This document shows positions 24,744 to 37,525 of a DNA stretch of 64,000 nucleotides, in pieces (within the stretch, counting starts at the first letter, position 1; each line of letters starts with the position of its first letter). Source of the stretch: Camelus ferus. Taxonomy: Eukaryota. Both the position numbers and the translations under genes were made by a program. The notes under the pieces are model-generated. The model was not told where the DNA came from, ran no database searches, and was given only the letters and a program-made list of their open reading frames with translations. The DNA lies in assembly GCF_009834535.1 (NCBI RefSeq), contig NC_045696.1, forward strand, positions 24,802,001 through 24,866,000, in the 5' to 3' direction.

Positions 24744-25438
24744 TGTGGAGAATAGAGAATAATTACACCCTGAGGTCAATTCACCCCTAAGAAGACCAAA
24801 GGAAGGAGTGAGACAGGATGGAAGGGGGCAGGGCACAGCCGCTCAAGGAATGACAGCAATTTAACACCAAAATGGTGGAAGATTGAACTCCCAGTTAGCC
24901 TTAAGGATTAAGAGGTTTGACTTCTAGTAGACCTTGAGATCATTATATGCTCATTGTAACAGGGTGATAAGTAACATGCCCGCAGGCACCATGACAGCCC
25001 CAAGGCTGACTGCAAAAGGCCAAAGAATGGGCGGTGGCCCTATTTCTGGTAATCTCAGCCCCTTCCCCAGGGCAGTTGGATTGATCCCACCTGTATGTGC
25101 GTGTGAAGTTACTGAGACCATAAAAAGTGATAATGCCATGCCTAGTGGGTTTGCGCTCTCTCTCACTTTTGGAGACAGCCTGCACTCTGTCTATGGAGTG
25201 TGTACCTACTTTTACTTTAACCTGAGCACCCAATTCCCACACCTCTTTCCTTGCCTTTCTCTTGCCTTACACTCTATGCAGTATGTATCTTTCTAAATAA
25301 ATCTACCTTTACTCAGTGGTACTTGAATTATTTCCTGCGCGAAGCCAAGGACCCACACCTGGCAGGGCACGTCCCAGGGGCTCAGCCAAGACCTGGGACT
25401 TGGCCCTCCTCACACCCCACATCCGTTTTCCTGCATCA
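24744..25438 (+). mobile_element. MER41-like ERV1 solo LTR
   Basis: GACCTTGAGATCATTATATGCTCATTGTAA...CACCATGACAG and CAAGGACCCACAC are shared with the LTR at 10.1-10.6 kb. AATAAA near 25296. Ends ...GCATCA. Left end and TSD not resolved. Confidence 0.8.
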
Positions 25439-25544
25439 GGATCAGTGCTTCTTTTTTTCCATATTAAAATGACATGAATGTTTGCTTCTCCCATAACCTA
25501 GCAGCTGTACACTGAGATGTCTCACATTGAAATGTTCCACTTAC

Positions 25545-26070
25545 CTATGACAGTGTAACAAATTACCCCCAAACTAAAATGGTTGAAAACAAAACATATT
25601 ATCTCTTGATACTGGGGTCAGAAATCCAGACAGGGCCCATTTGTAAAATTCTTCTGCCCCCCGTGGTGTTGACTGGGGCGGTTTGGGGATATTCAGCAGA
25701 TGTGCTGATTCAGAAGTCCAGATTCGCTGGCACGCCTGGCCTTAGCAGGGAAGCAGGGCCGGCTGGAAGGCTGGGTTCAATTGTGCTCTTCTCCTTCTCC
25801 AGGTAGTCTCCAGACTTCTGCACTTGGTTCCTGCAGCTGAACTTCTTACACGGAGACTCAAGACTCCAAAGATGAGTTCCAAGATACGGAAATGTAAATG
25901 TTAGTCTCCTATGGCTTGGACCCCAAGCCTGGCACCTTATCAGTCACTTTAATCATACCTTATTTGCTAGGCAGTCAAAAAGCCCACTCAGATTCAAGAG
26001 GAGAAAACAAATACGCCATAAGTCCATGAGGGGAGTGCCAAAGAACTTATGGTCCTCTGTATTGTGTGAC
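25545..26070 (-). mobile_element. Old MaLR (MLT1-type) LTR
   Basis: TGTAACAAATTACCCCCAAACT...CCCACTCAGATTCAAGAGGAG motifs typical of MLT1 subfamilies. Confidence 0.55.
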
Positions 26071-26303
26071 AGTTTGCCTGTCCTCTGACTACACAGAAAA
26101 TGCATTCAGCTGGAGCCATGACCCTCAGCGCTCTCACTGCATCACACTCAGGCCGGGTTCTACGGGGCCAGTGTCTACATCAGGTCCTGGCATAAATGAG
26201 GCTCCTTGGCTCTTGGTTCCCCTCTAACTGAAGAGCTGTGAACTAAAGAGACGTGTTTTTCTACCACCGCATGATGGTGAGACAAAATAAAAGCAGTGGG
26301 TGT

Positions 26304-26453
26304 GGGGAGGGTTTAGCTCAGAGGTAGAGTGCCTGCATAGCACGCACGAGGTCCTAGGTTCAAACCTCCATTAAAATAAATAAATAATAAACCAAATTAC
26401 CTCCTTCTCCCCTTAAAAAAAAAAAAAAGTATTTAAAAAAAAAAAAAAAAAAA
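26304..26453 (+). mobile_element. tRNA-derived SINE, camelid Vic-1 type
   Basis: GGGGAGGGTTTAGCTCAGAGGTAGAGTGCCTGCATAGCACGCACGAGGTCCTAGGTTCAAACC followed by an A-rich tail. Confidence 0.88.
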
Positions 26454-26896
26454 GAGCAGCAGGAAATCCAGTTCAAATAGGAGGGAATTACAGGCACAGA
26501 TAGCGGTTACTGAAATTCAGAACTGAGGACAATTCCTGGGAATGCGTCCCCTCTGCACCTTGGTACTGCCTTGTGAGTTCTTGGTTCTGTTTTTTGGGTC
26601 CTTATTTATATGTAATAATTGATTTTTTTTTTTTTGCAATCAAGTGACGTCTTCAGCCTAGTTCCTGCCCATAGCAAGTTGGGGAGGTCCAAAGACATCA
26701 TTGTATTTTATATTTTTTAAAATCCATGCCATTAGCATGAACCAATCACCCTTGTTTTTTCTTTCTTCTTCCTCTTCTTCTTCCTTTTTTTTTCCACTGA
26801 GCTAAGCCCTTTTCCACCTTAGACCAAGAGAGTAAGGATGCTGTGGGACAATACTTGTAAGACTCTTTAGAGCCCTAGGAGTCATGGCCTTAATTT

Positions 26897-27056
26897 TTTT
26901 TAAACATTTTTTATTGATTTAAAATCATTTTACAATGTGTCAAATTCCAGTGTAGAGCACAATTTTTCAGTTATACATGAACATATATATATTCATTGTC
27001 ACATTTTTTTTCTCTGTGAGCTACCACAAGATCTTGTATATATTTCCCTGTCCCTG
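26897..27056 (-). mobile_element. Short young L1 3'-end insertion
   Basis: Reverse complement closely matches the 3'UTR at 12545-12700. TSD TGGCCTTAATTT (26885-26896 / 27057-27068). Confidence 0.88.
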
Positions 27057-29859
27057 TGGCCTTAATTTCTTTTGAGGTCTCAACAAGGCGATTTATAACA
27101 GCCACACACTTGTAATCTTTACTGTGAATTTGTTTTAGTGCGTTGGATTTTATATTTGCTAAAGCTATTTCTTTCTTTGAAGATGTTTTTTTTTGGGGGG
27201 GGTAGGAATAACTAGGGATGAAAAACAATTTGATTTTCAAACCCAACAGTCCCTAAATCCTTTGTATTTCCTCTAAATTCTTAAAATCTAAATGTTTCTT
27301 TCTTTTTTCCATCTTCCCTTTCATTTCGTATTTAATTACAGGAAGAAGCCTGTTGGAATTTTCCACATCCTGTCTACAAATTTCTCCAGCTAGATCAATG
27401 AATCTGTTAAATAAATACTTTATTTCTTTCCACATTTTGACAGGGAGTTATGTTACCAAACTTTCCAATAACAATTTCCTTACTGTTTTTCAAATCCTCA
27501 CTGTCTTCTGAAGCCCCTTCCATCTTTGGTCAGCTGCCTTCTTCCTGCTATCCTGCCCCAAAGCTAATGCCAGCTGTTTTAGGTTTTTGTTATAACACCT
27601 CTAGGTACCAAACTTTCTGGGGTGCAACCAGGGAAGAAGAACTACGCTGAATCATAAGGAATAAGGATTCATTTTAGGGGTTTAAAGTGAGGCAATCGTA
27701 GCACCTGGTAGAAACGTCTTTGGAAGCACGTACCCCCCACATCTGCTATCTAGCCTGAAATTGCTGTAGATCCACATGGCCAGAGGTAGAGGGAAAAAAG
27801 TGGATGTGAAAATGGGGTGACCAAGGACAAACTGGAACCCAGGTCTGTTTCTCCGTATCTCCAACCATGATGATGTGGATGAGTGCAGAATCAGCTGACA
27901 ACTTCACTGCAGAACTAAACACATGCCTGTGTCAGAACTCAGAGCTCCAGGGGACAGGAAGGAGCTACAGGCTTGAGTGCTGTCCTGTGCCAGTAATGTG
28001 AGCCAGCAGAGCAGTAACAAATGCTGTGTGAGCTGCAACAGCTTCTGACATCCTACATGCAACCTCAAAGCCTAACGGTTGCTCCTTCCTGTTCTCTTCC
28101 AAATATGTTTCTGGTATGCTTAATCTGACCTGGAATTACAGAGACAAGTCTTCTGGGAAGTGTAGTTTCAGTTTAGCAAAATTGAAACTCTGTAAATTCA
28201 TTGAAAATGGGTATAATTTCTTTGAGGTGAGTTAATTCACCACCAAGTCTCTGATGTACCTCAACTTTTAAAGATTTCCAAGAGTTGATAAGATGCCCAT
28301 AAATATCCCAGTACAGACTCAATCCTCAGCCAATTTAGAAAAAAAAAAATCCCTTCCTAGTCATGAGGGCTCTTATTCCAGAACTCAGTATTTAGCACCG
28401 CCAAATTCTGCTGCCGGAGACTTAGCTGTAAATGAGTAACAATGAGTAGATGGGAAGATGGGTGGAGTACCCTAGTTTCAGCTCTGACAGAATGCTAGTC
28501 TACCCACCACCAGTCAGTGCTCATCGCATAGATACATGAATTGTAAACTTCAACTCATTCCTGTAGGAGGATTAGTTTGGAACATTTATCATATTATCGG
28601 GGAAAAATCCACAAAGACATATTCTCTCTCTCTCTTTTTTTTTTCCTCCCAAAGTGGCAATCAAAACATTACCAACCTCTTACAAAGTGTGGACATTTGC
28701 AGAGTTGGAAGCTTTTCTTTGCAATCTAGAAAATCCTCTTCATTTTCACACACTGGCTCTTCATTGCTGCCTTGAAAGGGAGCTTTGTCAAGTAATGTGG
28801 GCTCCACATGTGGGAAGGTGTTTTTAGCCCCGTCGCTTCTACCTTTTGCTATAGAATCCCTCAGACCTACAAAATCTTCCTGCTTTCACGTTTGTTTCAG
28901 CTGGAGAATACGTCCTCCACGGGGTGCTGAAGCTGCTGGCAATATTTCCGGGGTCCATGTGCCTAACAGCCTAGAAAGAACAGATAACTCTGTCAGTCTC
29001 TCTTCCGCTTCTGAATCCCACAACTTCCATGTACGTGTTCATTTAACATATAGTTGTTATTGCATGCCCACCTGTCATAACTGTATGATCCTGACTCTTT
29101 CCAACAACGCTAGTACGTTCTGCTCTTGAGCTGGAGCTCGTGTTAAATGAATTCCAGGTTGCCTCTTCCTGGTTTCTGGATCCTGGAGGGCCATACCATT
29201 TGGAGGTCTCTCCTTGGAGAAATGTAGCCATAAATATTTACAGACAATTTGATGTTTAGTCCTTTTTAAGTACTATGTGTTGGTACCACTGGGACTAGGT
29301 TTGATGTATTTTTATAGTTGGAAACAAATCTGAAGAAAAAAATTCATATTACAAGAGCTATCAATTGAACAAAGAAGAGAGAAGAAAAAAGAGCTAAAAA
29401 GAAAAAAAGAAAACAATATTAGATTGTTCATTTTCCCTTACTACTTACTTCTAATGACACAGTCACATAAATGTTCAAAAATGTTGATTCCATTTTATCC
29501 TTTTCACCCTGAGTAGAGACTACTGAAAGCTGGAGTGATTGAGAAAATGCAAATTACATTGACACAAGAGGGCAGCCTTCTCATATATATTTTTGTAATA
29601 AATTGCCTGGACTTCAAATAATTCTGTAGAAATTTTAGCTCACATTAGAAAAGAAGGAAAAGGAAGCCTAAGCAAAATTAACCCTTCAAGGTGATTATTT
29701 TGCCACGTTCCTTATTTAATTATTGGTAAGTCCTTCTTGACTTTCTTACATCATTATATCTTTACATTGATGTAAGATTAAACTGTCTTACATCAGTAAA
29801 ATAAAATAAGCAGAAAAGTAAATTTTAACTGCAATGAAATTGCACTGATTTAAATGTTT

Positions 29860-30620
29860 TATAGAGATGCAAAAGCTTGTGGAGATAGTATCTCATATCT
29901 GGAAGCTAAAGTAACTAAAACCAATGTAGTATCGTTGTAAAGCCAGATACTTCAATGGAATAGAATGAAAAGCACAATAATACAAACAAGTAAGAATTAT
30001 TATATGACAGAAGAGTCATTTTAACTAACCATTTTGAGAATAAATAAGGTTAGACCCTTAACTTATAGCACACAATAATATTAATTCTAGGTAGAGTGTC
30101 CATTTAAATGTTAAATATAATATAAAATGCCAGAGGTAAAGCTGGAAAAAGTCACATAATTTAGTAAAGGAAAAGCCTTCCTGAGAATGCCACCCAACGA
30201 AGGTATCACAAAGGAGAAAGGGCAGATTTGAGAACAAACCCTAAGTTCTTCAGCTCAAACTGAAAGCAAATGACAAACAGAAAAAGTACATTTGCAACAA
30301 CTATAAATGCCAATGTTTGATTTCTTTCATGTAAGGGTCCACTTAAAAATAATTAGGAAAATTAAGAAAATTAAGAAGAAATGATTCCTCGCTAGAAACA
30401 AATAGACAAAGGACTTAATTTACATTGTCTAGGAAATGATCAATAATTAAAATGAAAAGTTCACCCTCTTTTTCCTCATAAATTTCATTTGTAATAAAGT
30501 ACATGAAAATTTAAGCAACAACAAAGTAGCACACTTAGCTTATTAGATTAGTGATTGGCAACTGTGAAAGAAATGAAATATCAAATGAAGGAAAGGGTGT
30601 TGGAAAGTGAGCTGTCTTGT
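29860..30620 (+). mobile_element. Ancient L1 ORF2 remnant
   Basis: Degenerate L1 ORF2 3' motifs (CAATGGAATAGAATGAAAAGC, AAATGACAAAC...TTTGCAACA, AAATAGACAAAGGACTTAA). Confidence 0.6.
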
Positions 30621-30623
30621 ATT

Positions 30624-31002
30624 AACATGGGTAAACATCTGTGTTCCCCTAGAATTCATAAGTTGAAACCCTATCCCTCAATGTGGTGGTATCAGGAGGT
30701 GGAATCTTTGGGAAGTAATTAGAATTAGAGGAGGTCATGAGGGTGGAGCCCTCACGCATGGAATTAGTGCCCTTATAAGAGTCATGAGAGAGCTTGCTTC
30801 ACCTCTTTGCTCTCTGCCACATGAGGATACAATGAGAAGATCGCCCCCCTGCAGGCTGGAGGAGGGTTCTCACTGGAACTGGACCACATCAGCACCTGGA
30901 CACCTGGACACCAAGCCTCCAGAACCTTGAGAAATATACTTTATTTATTTATAAGCCACCCAGTCTATGGTTCTTCGCTACAGCAACCAGAACAGACTAA
31001 TA
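30624..31002 (+). mobile_element. MLT1A0-like MaLR solo LTR
   Basis: GAGGTCATGAGGGTGGAGCCCTCA...ATTAGTGCCCTTATAAGA...AAGCCACCCAGTCTATGGT...GACTAA. Confidence 0.85.
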
Positions 31003-31895
31003 ATGCTGATAGAAATGTAAATGACCATAATCTTTCTAATGAGAAAACTAAAATAAGAAGCGTTATGCAACTTACCCTAAGTAACAGATTGGATTTTAAC
31101 AGCAATCACTACCAGTCCGACCCGTGAGATTTACCCCCAATAAATGCTTGGATTTAAGGAGTATATTACTTAGATCTAAATCAAAGACCTAAGCAAAAAG
31201 AGGGAATTTATGGTCTTAGGTAGATTGTTTGAACCAGGATCTCATACGCCTTTATTACTCCCTTTGTTTCTGCTTTCTTGGAGTATTCATATTATTCATT
31301 CTCTTCTATAACGGACTTTATCTGTTTTTCTTATCCACAAGATGAAAAACAGCTACAGGCATCTCCTGAATTCACATTTTCTGAATAACACCCATTCCTT
31401 CTCTTTCCCTTTTGAATTTTCCAGCTGAAAAGACCACAATTGAGCCACCTTGGATTGGGTGTCAATCCCAACCGAGCCCTTTGGACCGGAAGTGAGAGGT
31501 GGCCAGGAAGAGGCTCTGATTGACTCGGCTTAGGTTTCGTACATTTAGCTGCTTCAAGCAACTGTGACTAAGGAAACAGTGTCCTCTTGTCAAAATAGCT
31601 GTTACAACACAGATCAAGGTGGGGGCATTGGTCTTTCAATGTGATTATGTAATGTTGAGTCAATCCACAATAGGTGTGCAGACATCATCTGGTTTCTGGA
31701 CTTCAAAACGAAGGACTAGAGTCTTCGTAGACTCTTTATATTAAATTTAACAATTTCCGCTTGTAAAGCCTGTGTCAGAGAGCTGCCCACTCTCTCTGGG
31801 CAACAATTCTGTTTTATATTTTGTCTTTCTTTCAAATTTCAGTACAGTCAATATGCCTTAATTTCAGATTTCTTTAAACAAGTGACATAAAAATT

Positions 31896-32564
31896 TGCTG
31901 GGAAACAAGCTGCTGGAAAACAAGCTGCTGGAAAACAAGCTGCACCTAAATTTCCATGAGCTTAAAATATTACATTCACACTTGCTTGCTTAAAATGCTT
32001 GCTTTGTTTTAATGTTTTACTCAGTAGATGACCTATAGCACATATTATGCTAAAGAAAATTTGGGGTGAGCAATTCTGAGATTGACCATAAGGGTACGAA
32101 GGAGGGCAGATATTTCCTTAGGGTGAAACAATGGCTGGTCCTGGAAAGCCAGATCATCCATTAACATAACTTTGTTCTGGCGTGAAAGCATGCGGTTAAG
32201 CCCAGGGGGATTATTTGCTATTTCGAGATGTCCGGGAGGCAATAACAGGATAGATTCAGAAATTTTGCATACCCCGAGCAGGGTGGTTATTCCTGGAAGG
32301 GATAGGCCTGAAATTAATCAGTTAAACAGCAAGCAGAACTTAGTGCTTAGCGCATGGAGTATATAAAGCCCCACCTCTTTGGTCGCATTTTTTTCTGAGC
32401 TGTATACTCCTAATAAATATGATTTGGAACAGGCTTTTGGGACTCTGGATCCACGAGATCTTGAGTCCCCTGGTCCCATCTTTGCTCTTTTCTTTGTCTC
32501 TTTTTTTCTTAAGTCTTGCGTCACCTGTCCTCAGTCACGGCCCTGAGCTGCGCTGGACGCAGCA
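31896..32564 (+). mobile_element. Solo LTR, probably class II (ERVK/betaretrovirus-like)
   Basis: Inverted termini TGCTG...CAGCA. 6-bp TSD AAAATT / AAAACT (one mismatch). TATATAAA near 32360. AATAAA 32412. CpGs retained. Confidence 0.8.
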
Positions 32565-34250
32565 AAAACTAGCCAAGCAAAAACAAAAAGTGAATTTAAA
32601 TCATTAATTCAAGTCATTTAATTGTGACTTATCTTTATAGGATGTGCTTTCTTGCATTTAAAAATTCTTTTAAATTCTGTTTTTTTTGTGTGTGTTTTTG
32701 GGTTTTTTTTTGGTTACTGACAACTCTTTTCTTAAATGCACACACACACACAGACACACACTCCACTAGCCCTCTTAAAAATTTCTCACATTTGTATTTC
32801 CTAAGTGGTGCATATTATATGGAGAAATAAGAATTGAAACTTGAAGAAATATGAGAAATAGGATAATTAGGGGATCAAAGAATGAAAAAGCATTTTATCA
32901 TAAAATTGTTCTCTTGCACAGAATATTTGCAGGAAAGCCTCCATTTTATTTCCCCAAAGTAACTTTAATAGATTTGAAATGTATGCTAAGGTAAGGCAGA
33001 TTCTTTACAGAGAGCCTCATTTTTAGTCACAATGATCATTAGGTCCAGGTTTATATCTAGAAGTGACAATGCAATCAATTCTAGCAAGAAGTAATTATGA
33101 CATCTGTTAACAAATTTTCATTTAAAAGCACCGTCCAGTTATAATTGATCCTGCAAGTAAACCTTTAGTAGCAACAGTGAGGTAATATGTTTAGAGCACT
33201 GGAACAGGTCCCATGAAACATAGTCTAGCTTTTCTCTGCTGAAAAAAAGATGTGCATTTTTGGGCAACTGAACTTCGGCTTCTCCACTTATAGGGAGTTT
33301 TTCTCAGGGCTAATGTCTGGCACACAGCAGCCTGAATAAATAATAGTTATTCTGATTATTAATCTCCTACAGCTTCAGTCCCTTATGCATCCATTCATTA
33401 ATTCATTCACCCATTCTCTCATTCCTCCCTGCCAAATCGAGTAATGAACTCCCTGCAGTAAACAAAGAAAGCTTAATTAATGTTCTTTTCTGTTATTGCC
33501 TGAAGATTTAGTTCTTTGAAGCAGTTCAGTGAATTTATCTCCAGTGTTCTTCAGGAAAGGACATTATGGGATCCTGCACAATTTTTTCACAAGGTTCTCG
33601 ATTATCTCTGGGGTACAGTAGACCAGAATGATTGTCTCAGCCCTACTTTGATGGGGGACAAAGAGAGAAGAAGCTGCTGCGTGGGCAGTTGGGTAAACTG
33701 TGGGTGGAGGGTGGAGGTGGTATCAACTTGTGATAAAGGCTGACTTGAGATTTTCATCAAAGTTTTGGCTTTGACTCCCTCTCTCTCATTTTCACAAACA
33801 ACCCACAGGCTGATGTTTGGAATTTATTATTTTCTTGCTTTCCGAATATGATGTTTATTTTAATCTGGTTCTATCTTCGTGCACATATGGCTGGTCTGAT
33901 TTGCTATCCAAAATCTGGAGATACAGCCCTGGGCTTTGCTGCTACCTAGGGATGGTGTTCTAAGCTCAGGAGATTTTCACTGAATTTTAAAGCAATCCAA
34001 TCACCAATTTAAGAGTCTCTGCTTAAGGAAAGATGTCATTTTTTCAGACCAAAATGTTGTACAGACATTTGACAATTAAAAACGCCTGAACACGCAATAC
34101 AGAGGTACATTAGTTGAACTCAAAATACCTTAGCTCATAATAAATGGAATTTAAGGGTTAGTGAATTTTACCATTTAAGAAATACTAATTTTTGTTTCAA
34201 AATGTAGTATCAGATTCCTTACATAAATATAAACAGACAAGTATATTTGC

Positions 34251-37045
34251 TATTAAAGGGACCAACCACTCACCAGAATGGTATAAGGATTACTTTAAAC
34301 TAAAAACATCTGAACAAACAGCAGCCTCATAAAGAAACCTTATATAAACTTGTTTACTGCCTTAGCACAGCCAGGATCCTCCCTCTGAAGGAATTTCCTG
34401 TTCGGGAGAAGACTGATCCTTAGCAATGGGTTATGGGAGCTCAGCTGTCATAAACTCCTCTTTGAGGGAGCTCCCAGCCAGGAAGGAGACTGCCCACAGC
34501 ACCTGGATGAAAAATTGTGTAAACAGGCCCCATATTACCTTCCATAATTTCCCACTGAAGATCTAGCCGCCCCCTACCTGTTTTAAGCTAGGATATAAAC
34601 CAGGCCTCCTGGCAGTTTTGGGAGCCTCTCCTTACAGTGTTCCCATATGCATGCGGATTAAACTCTTCTCCTATGTGATGGTTAATTTTATGTGTCAATT
34701 TGATGGGGTCACAGGGTGCCCAGACATTTTGTCAGACATTATTCTGGGTATTTCTGTGAGGGTGCTTTTGGATGAGTCTAATTTTTAAATTGATTGCCCA
34801 AGTAAAGCAGATTGCCCTCCCTCATGTGAGTGGGGCTCATCCAATCAGTTAGTCCTGAATAAAACAAAAGGCTGACTTCTCCCTGAATAAGTAGGACTTC
34901 CTCCTGCCTGGCTGCTTTCCAGTGGGGACAACGGTTTGTTCTGTCTTTCACACTGGAAGTACACCATTGGCTCTCCTGGTTCCCGGGCCTTCAGAGTTGG
35001 GCTGGAACTACATCACTGACTCCAGCTTGCCTACATCTGCAGCTTGCCTGTTGAAAATCTTGGGGCTTACCCTCTGTAATCACGTGAGACAATTCCTTAC
35101 AACCAATCAATCAAGTCAACCAGTTCCATTGGTTCTGTTTCTCTAGAGAACTCTAACACATTTTGTTAATCTGTATGTAGTGAATTAGTTCACTGGTTCC
35201 CACCCATTGGACTGAAGTTGGTAGAGGGAAAGTTTTCCTCTGAACAGTTTTGATAATGGAGATGGGGTGTTTGGGGCTCCCCACTCACTCTGGAGGCTGC
35301 AGGCGAGATTTTGAAACCTTCAACCAAGCCAGAGAAAGTAAGATTTCTTACCAGACTCTTGGGTCTCTGATCAGTGTCCAATTAAGTGAGGGCAATAAGA
35401 ACCTCCCCTTCACATTTTAAAAGGGGAAATAGTCATCATTCAGATTTACAAGAGAAGACTCTTTGGCTAGAACTAGTTCTCTGGGTATTGTGATTCTTGG
35501 TTTGGATTACTCCTTCTCAGGGAGAGTCATTGTGTCGATTTGTCATTGTCTTTTGTGTTACTGTTTTGTATTTTGCTGTCTAAAAGTGCTTTTTCTAAGA
35601 ATGAGAATTATAGTGTAAAATAGGGGCATAGGTTCTATAAATCTGTAGTTTGAGTTGACCTCATAGGCCAGTGAGTTTGTGATTCTCACTGGCCTGCAGA
35701 TCACCTGGACAAACTTTGCTCTGAGTCAGTCACCTATACAAATGGATGAGATGCTCCTTCCATCTTAATTTTGTGTCCTGAGAGTTTGGCTTACATCCAG
35801 AGAGAATATTCTCTCTAATGTTCTGCCTGTTGTGGGGTGCAGATTGTGGGTCTTTGCCTGGAGGAAGTCAACTGTCAGGTTGGGGTTCTGAGACACGAGG
35901 TACCATTATTAGCTCTCAGGAGACTGTCTAGTCTAAAACGTTCCCTCTCTTGTTGCCTTTGTAGTGCTGAGAACTCCTTCTCAGTATTGCCCACCTCATG
36001 TCATGGATTAGAGGAGTCATGATTGGAGATGTCTCATTTTTGAGGAGACTGGAGTAGCATTCGTACTGTCTGTGGCAAATTTTCCTTCTTTCCAGTTGTC
36101 TTTGGGAGTGACTTTGGCTTACGGAGGCAGCATTTTCTGTGCCTTCTCCTTCAGGAACATCTCTCCTGTACACAGTTAAATTATAGTCTAAGCCTAGATG
36201 GTTACCTCCAGGTCTTCCCACAAAAAGACTTATTAGTTTGCGTTACACTTGAACAGTTATAATTATGCAGATATTAATTGTCAGTGGCCAGACAATGGAC
36301 CCTTTGATTTAGAAAAGCTTTTACATTTCAGGGGATTCATAGAGAGTGCTTATCCCAAACAAATGCCCTCTTGGTACCTCTGGGAAGATCAAATTTAAAG
36401 AAAGGCACAAAAAAAGTAACACAGCTGGCCTAAAAGATTCCCTTAACAAAATAAAAGAGTAGAAGTCAGCCTTAGAAATTAAAGTTCACCATGAACTCTC
36501 CTCTGCCTCCCTCCTGTACTTGCCTTTACTTCCAACTCCCTATTCTTGACCCCCCCCAAGATATATTAGATGTCTGGATCCCGTCCCAAATTCACCTGCC
36601 TCCAAATTCAGCCCCACTTCTTCAACCAATTCTTTCATTTCCAGAACTCCTCTGGCTCCCCTAGAAAATCTCTTGACCACTAACTTCCTGCTTTAACTTC
36701 AATATCCTTACAACAATTACAAAGAAATCCTCTTTACTAAGGACACAGATGGCCAGCCCCTCTCCTGGCCCTCCTCCGAATGATCAAGAAATGGCCCAAT
36801 TGGAGGCTGATAGTGCAGGACCTAATAGGAGCCATTAGAGAAGCCTTCCCTCTAAAAGTTAGCTGGGGTGAAGTAGAACTATGTGCTCAGAAGGAAGGAG
36901 AGTATTAGAAAGCCTTTGTGGAACACAGTACACAAATATTCCAAAGACACAACTGCCCTAAATCCAGAGGTCTCAGAAAACAAAAATCTTTTGATTTATG
37001 ACTTTATAGAAAGAAATCTAAAATAATGTGGTTGGACACACAGGC
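34251..37045 (+). mobile_element. Old ERV1 (MER34-like) LTR plus leader and gag remnant
   Basis: LTR about 34251-35246, interrupted by an MLT2. Decayed PBS-like tract after 35246. Gag peptides QWPDNGPFDLEKL (36282) and DLIGAIREAFPLKVSWGEVELCAQKEGE (36819). Confidence 0.7.
34674..35160 (+). mobile_element. MLT2 (ERVL) solo LTR nested in the ERV1 LTR
   Basis: TGTGATGGTTAATTTTATGTGTCAATTTG...TTGGTTCTGTTTCTCTAGAGAACTCTAACACA, the canonical MLT2 ends. Confidence 0.9.
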
Positions 37046-37319
37046 TAGTCTCCCTCTGCCCAGGATTTATTTTCTTGAGGCATGGAAACTCTCGTGCACT
37101 CCCATTACACTGTGTGTTTACCTCTACTATGTTAAATGTTATCCTGAAATCATCTTTCTAACTATCCAGCTATGCCAGTAGACCATAGGCTCCTTGAATG
37201 TTGGGACCTACTCTTTCAGTGATGTAACCTCAGCACCAAAATCTGTGTTTGGAATGATATTCATTCATTGTTGGTTGGTTTGCTTAATGAAAACTCAAAG
37301 CATCTGCAAATTCCTTTTT

Positions 37320-37525
37320 TAGTTTACATATACTAACTACTATATATAAAATAGATAAACAACAAGGCCCTACTGTATAGCACAGGGAACTATATTCAAA
37401 ACCTTGTAATAGCCTATAATGAAAAAGAATATATAAAAAAGAATATATATAATTGGATCGCTGTGCTGTACAACACAAATTAACACATTGTAAATTGATT
37501 ATACTTCATTAAAAATAAGTTTAAA
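37320..37525 (+). mobile_element. Short L1 3'-end insertion
   Basis: TATAAAATAGATAAACAACAAGGCCCTACTGTATAGCACAGGGAACTATATTCAA. Approximate TSD AAAACTCAAA(A)GCA. Confidence 0.85.

Noticed and set aside
26304..26375. SINE heads (also at 5640 and 44665) as tRNA genes
   Set aside because: They have A-rich tails and broken stems, so they are SINEs.
31896..31943. Short direct repeats as a CRISPR-like array
   Set aside because: Head-to-tail 15-mers without spacers, inside an LTR in mammalian DNA.
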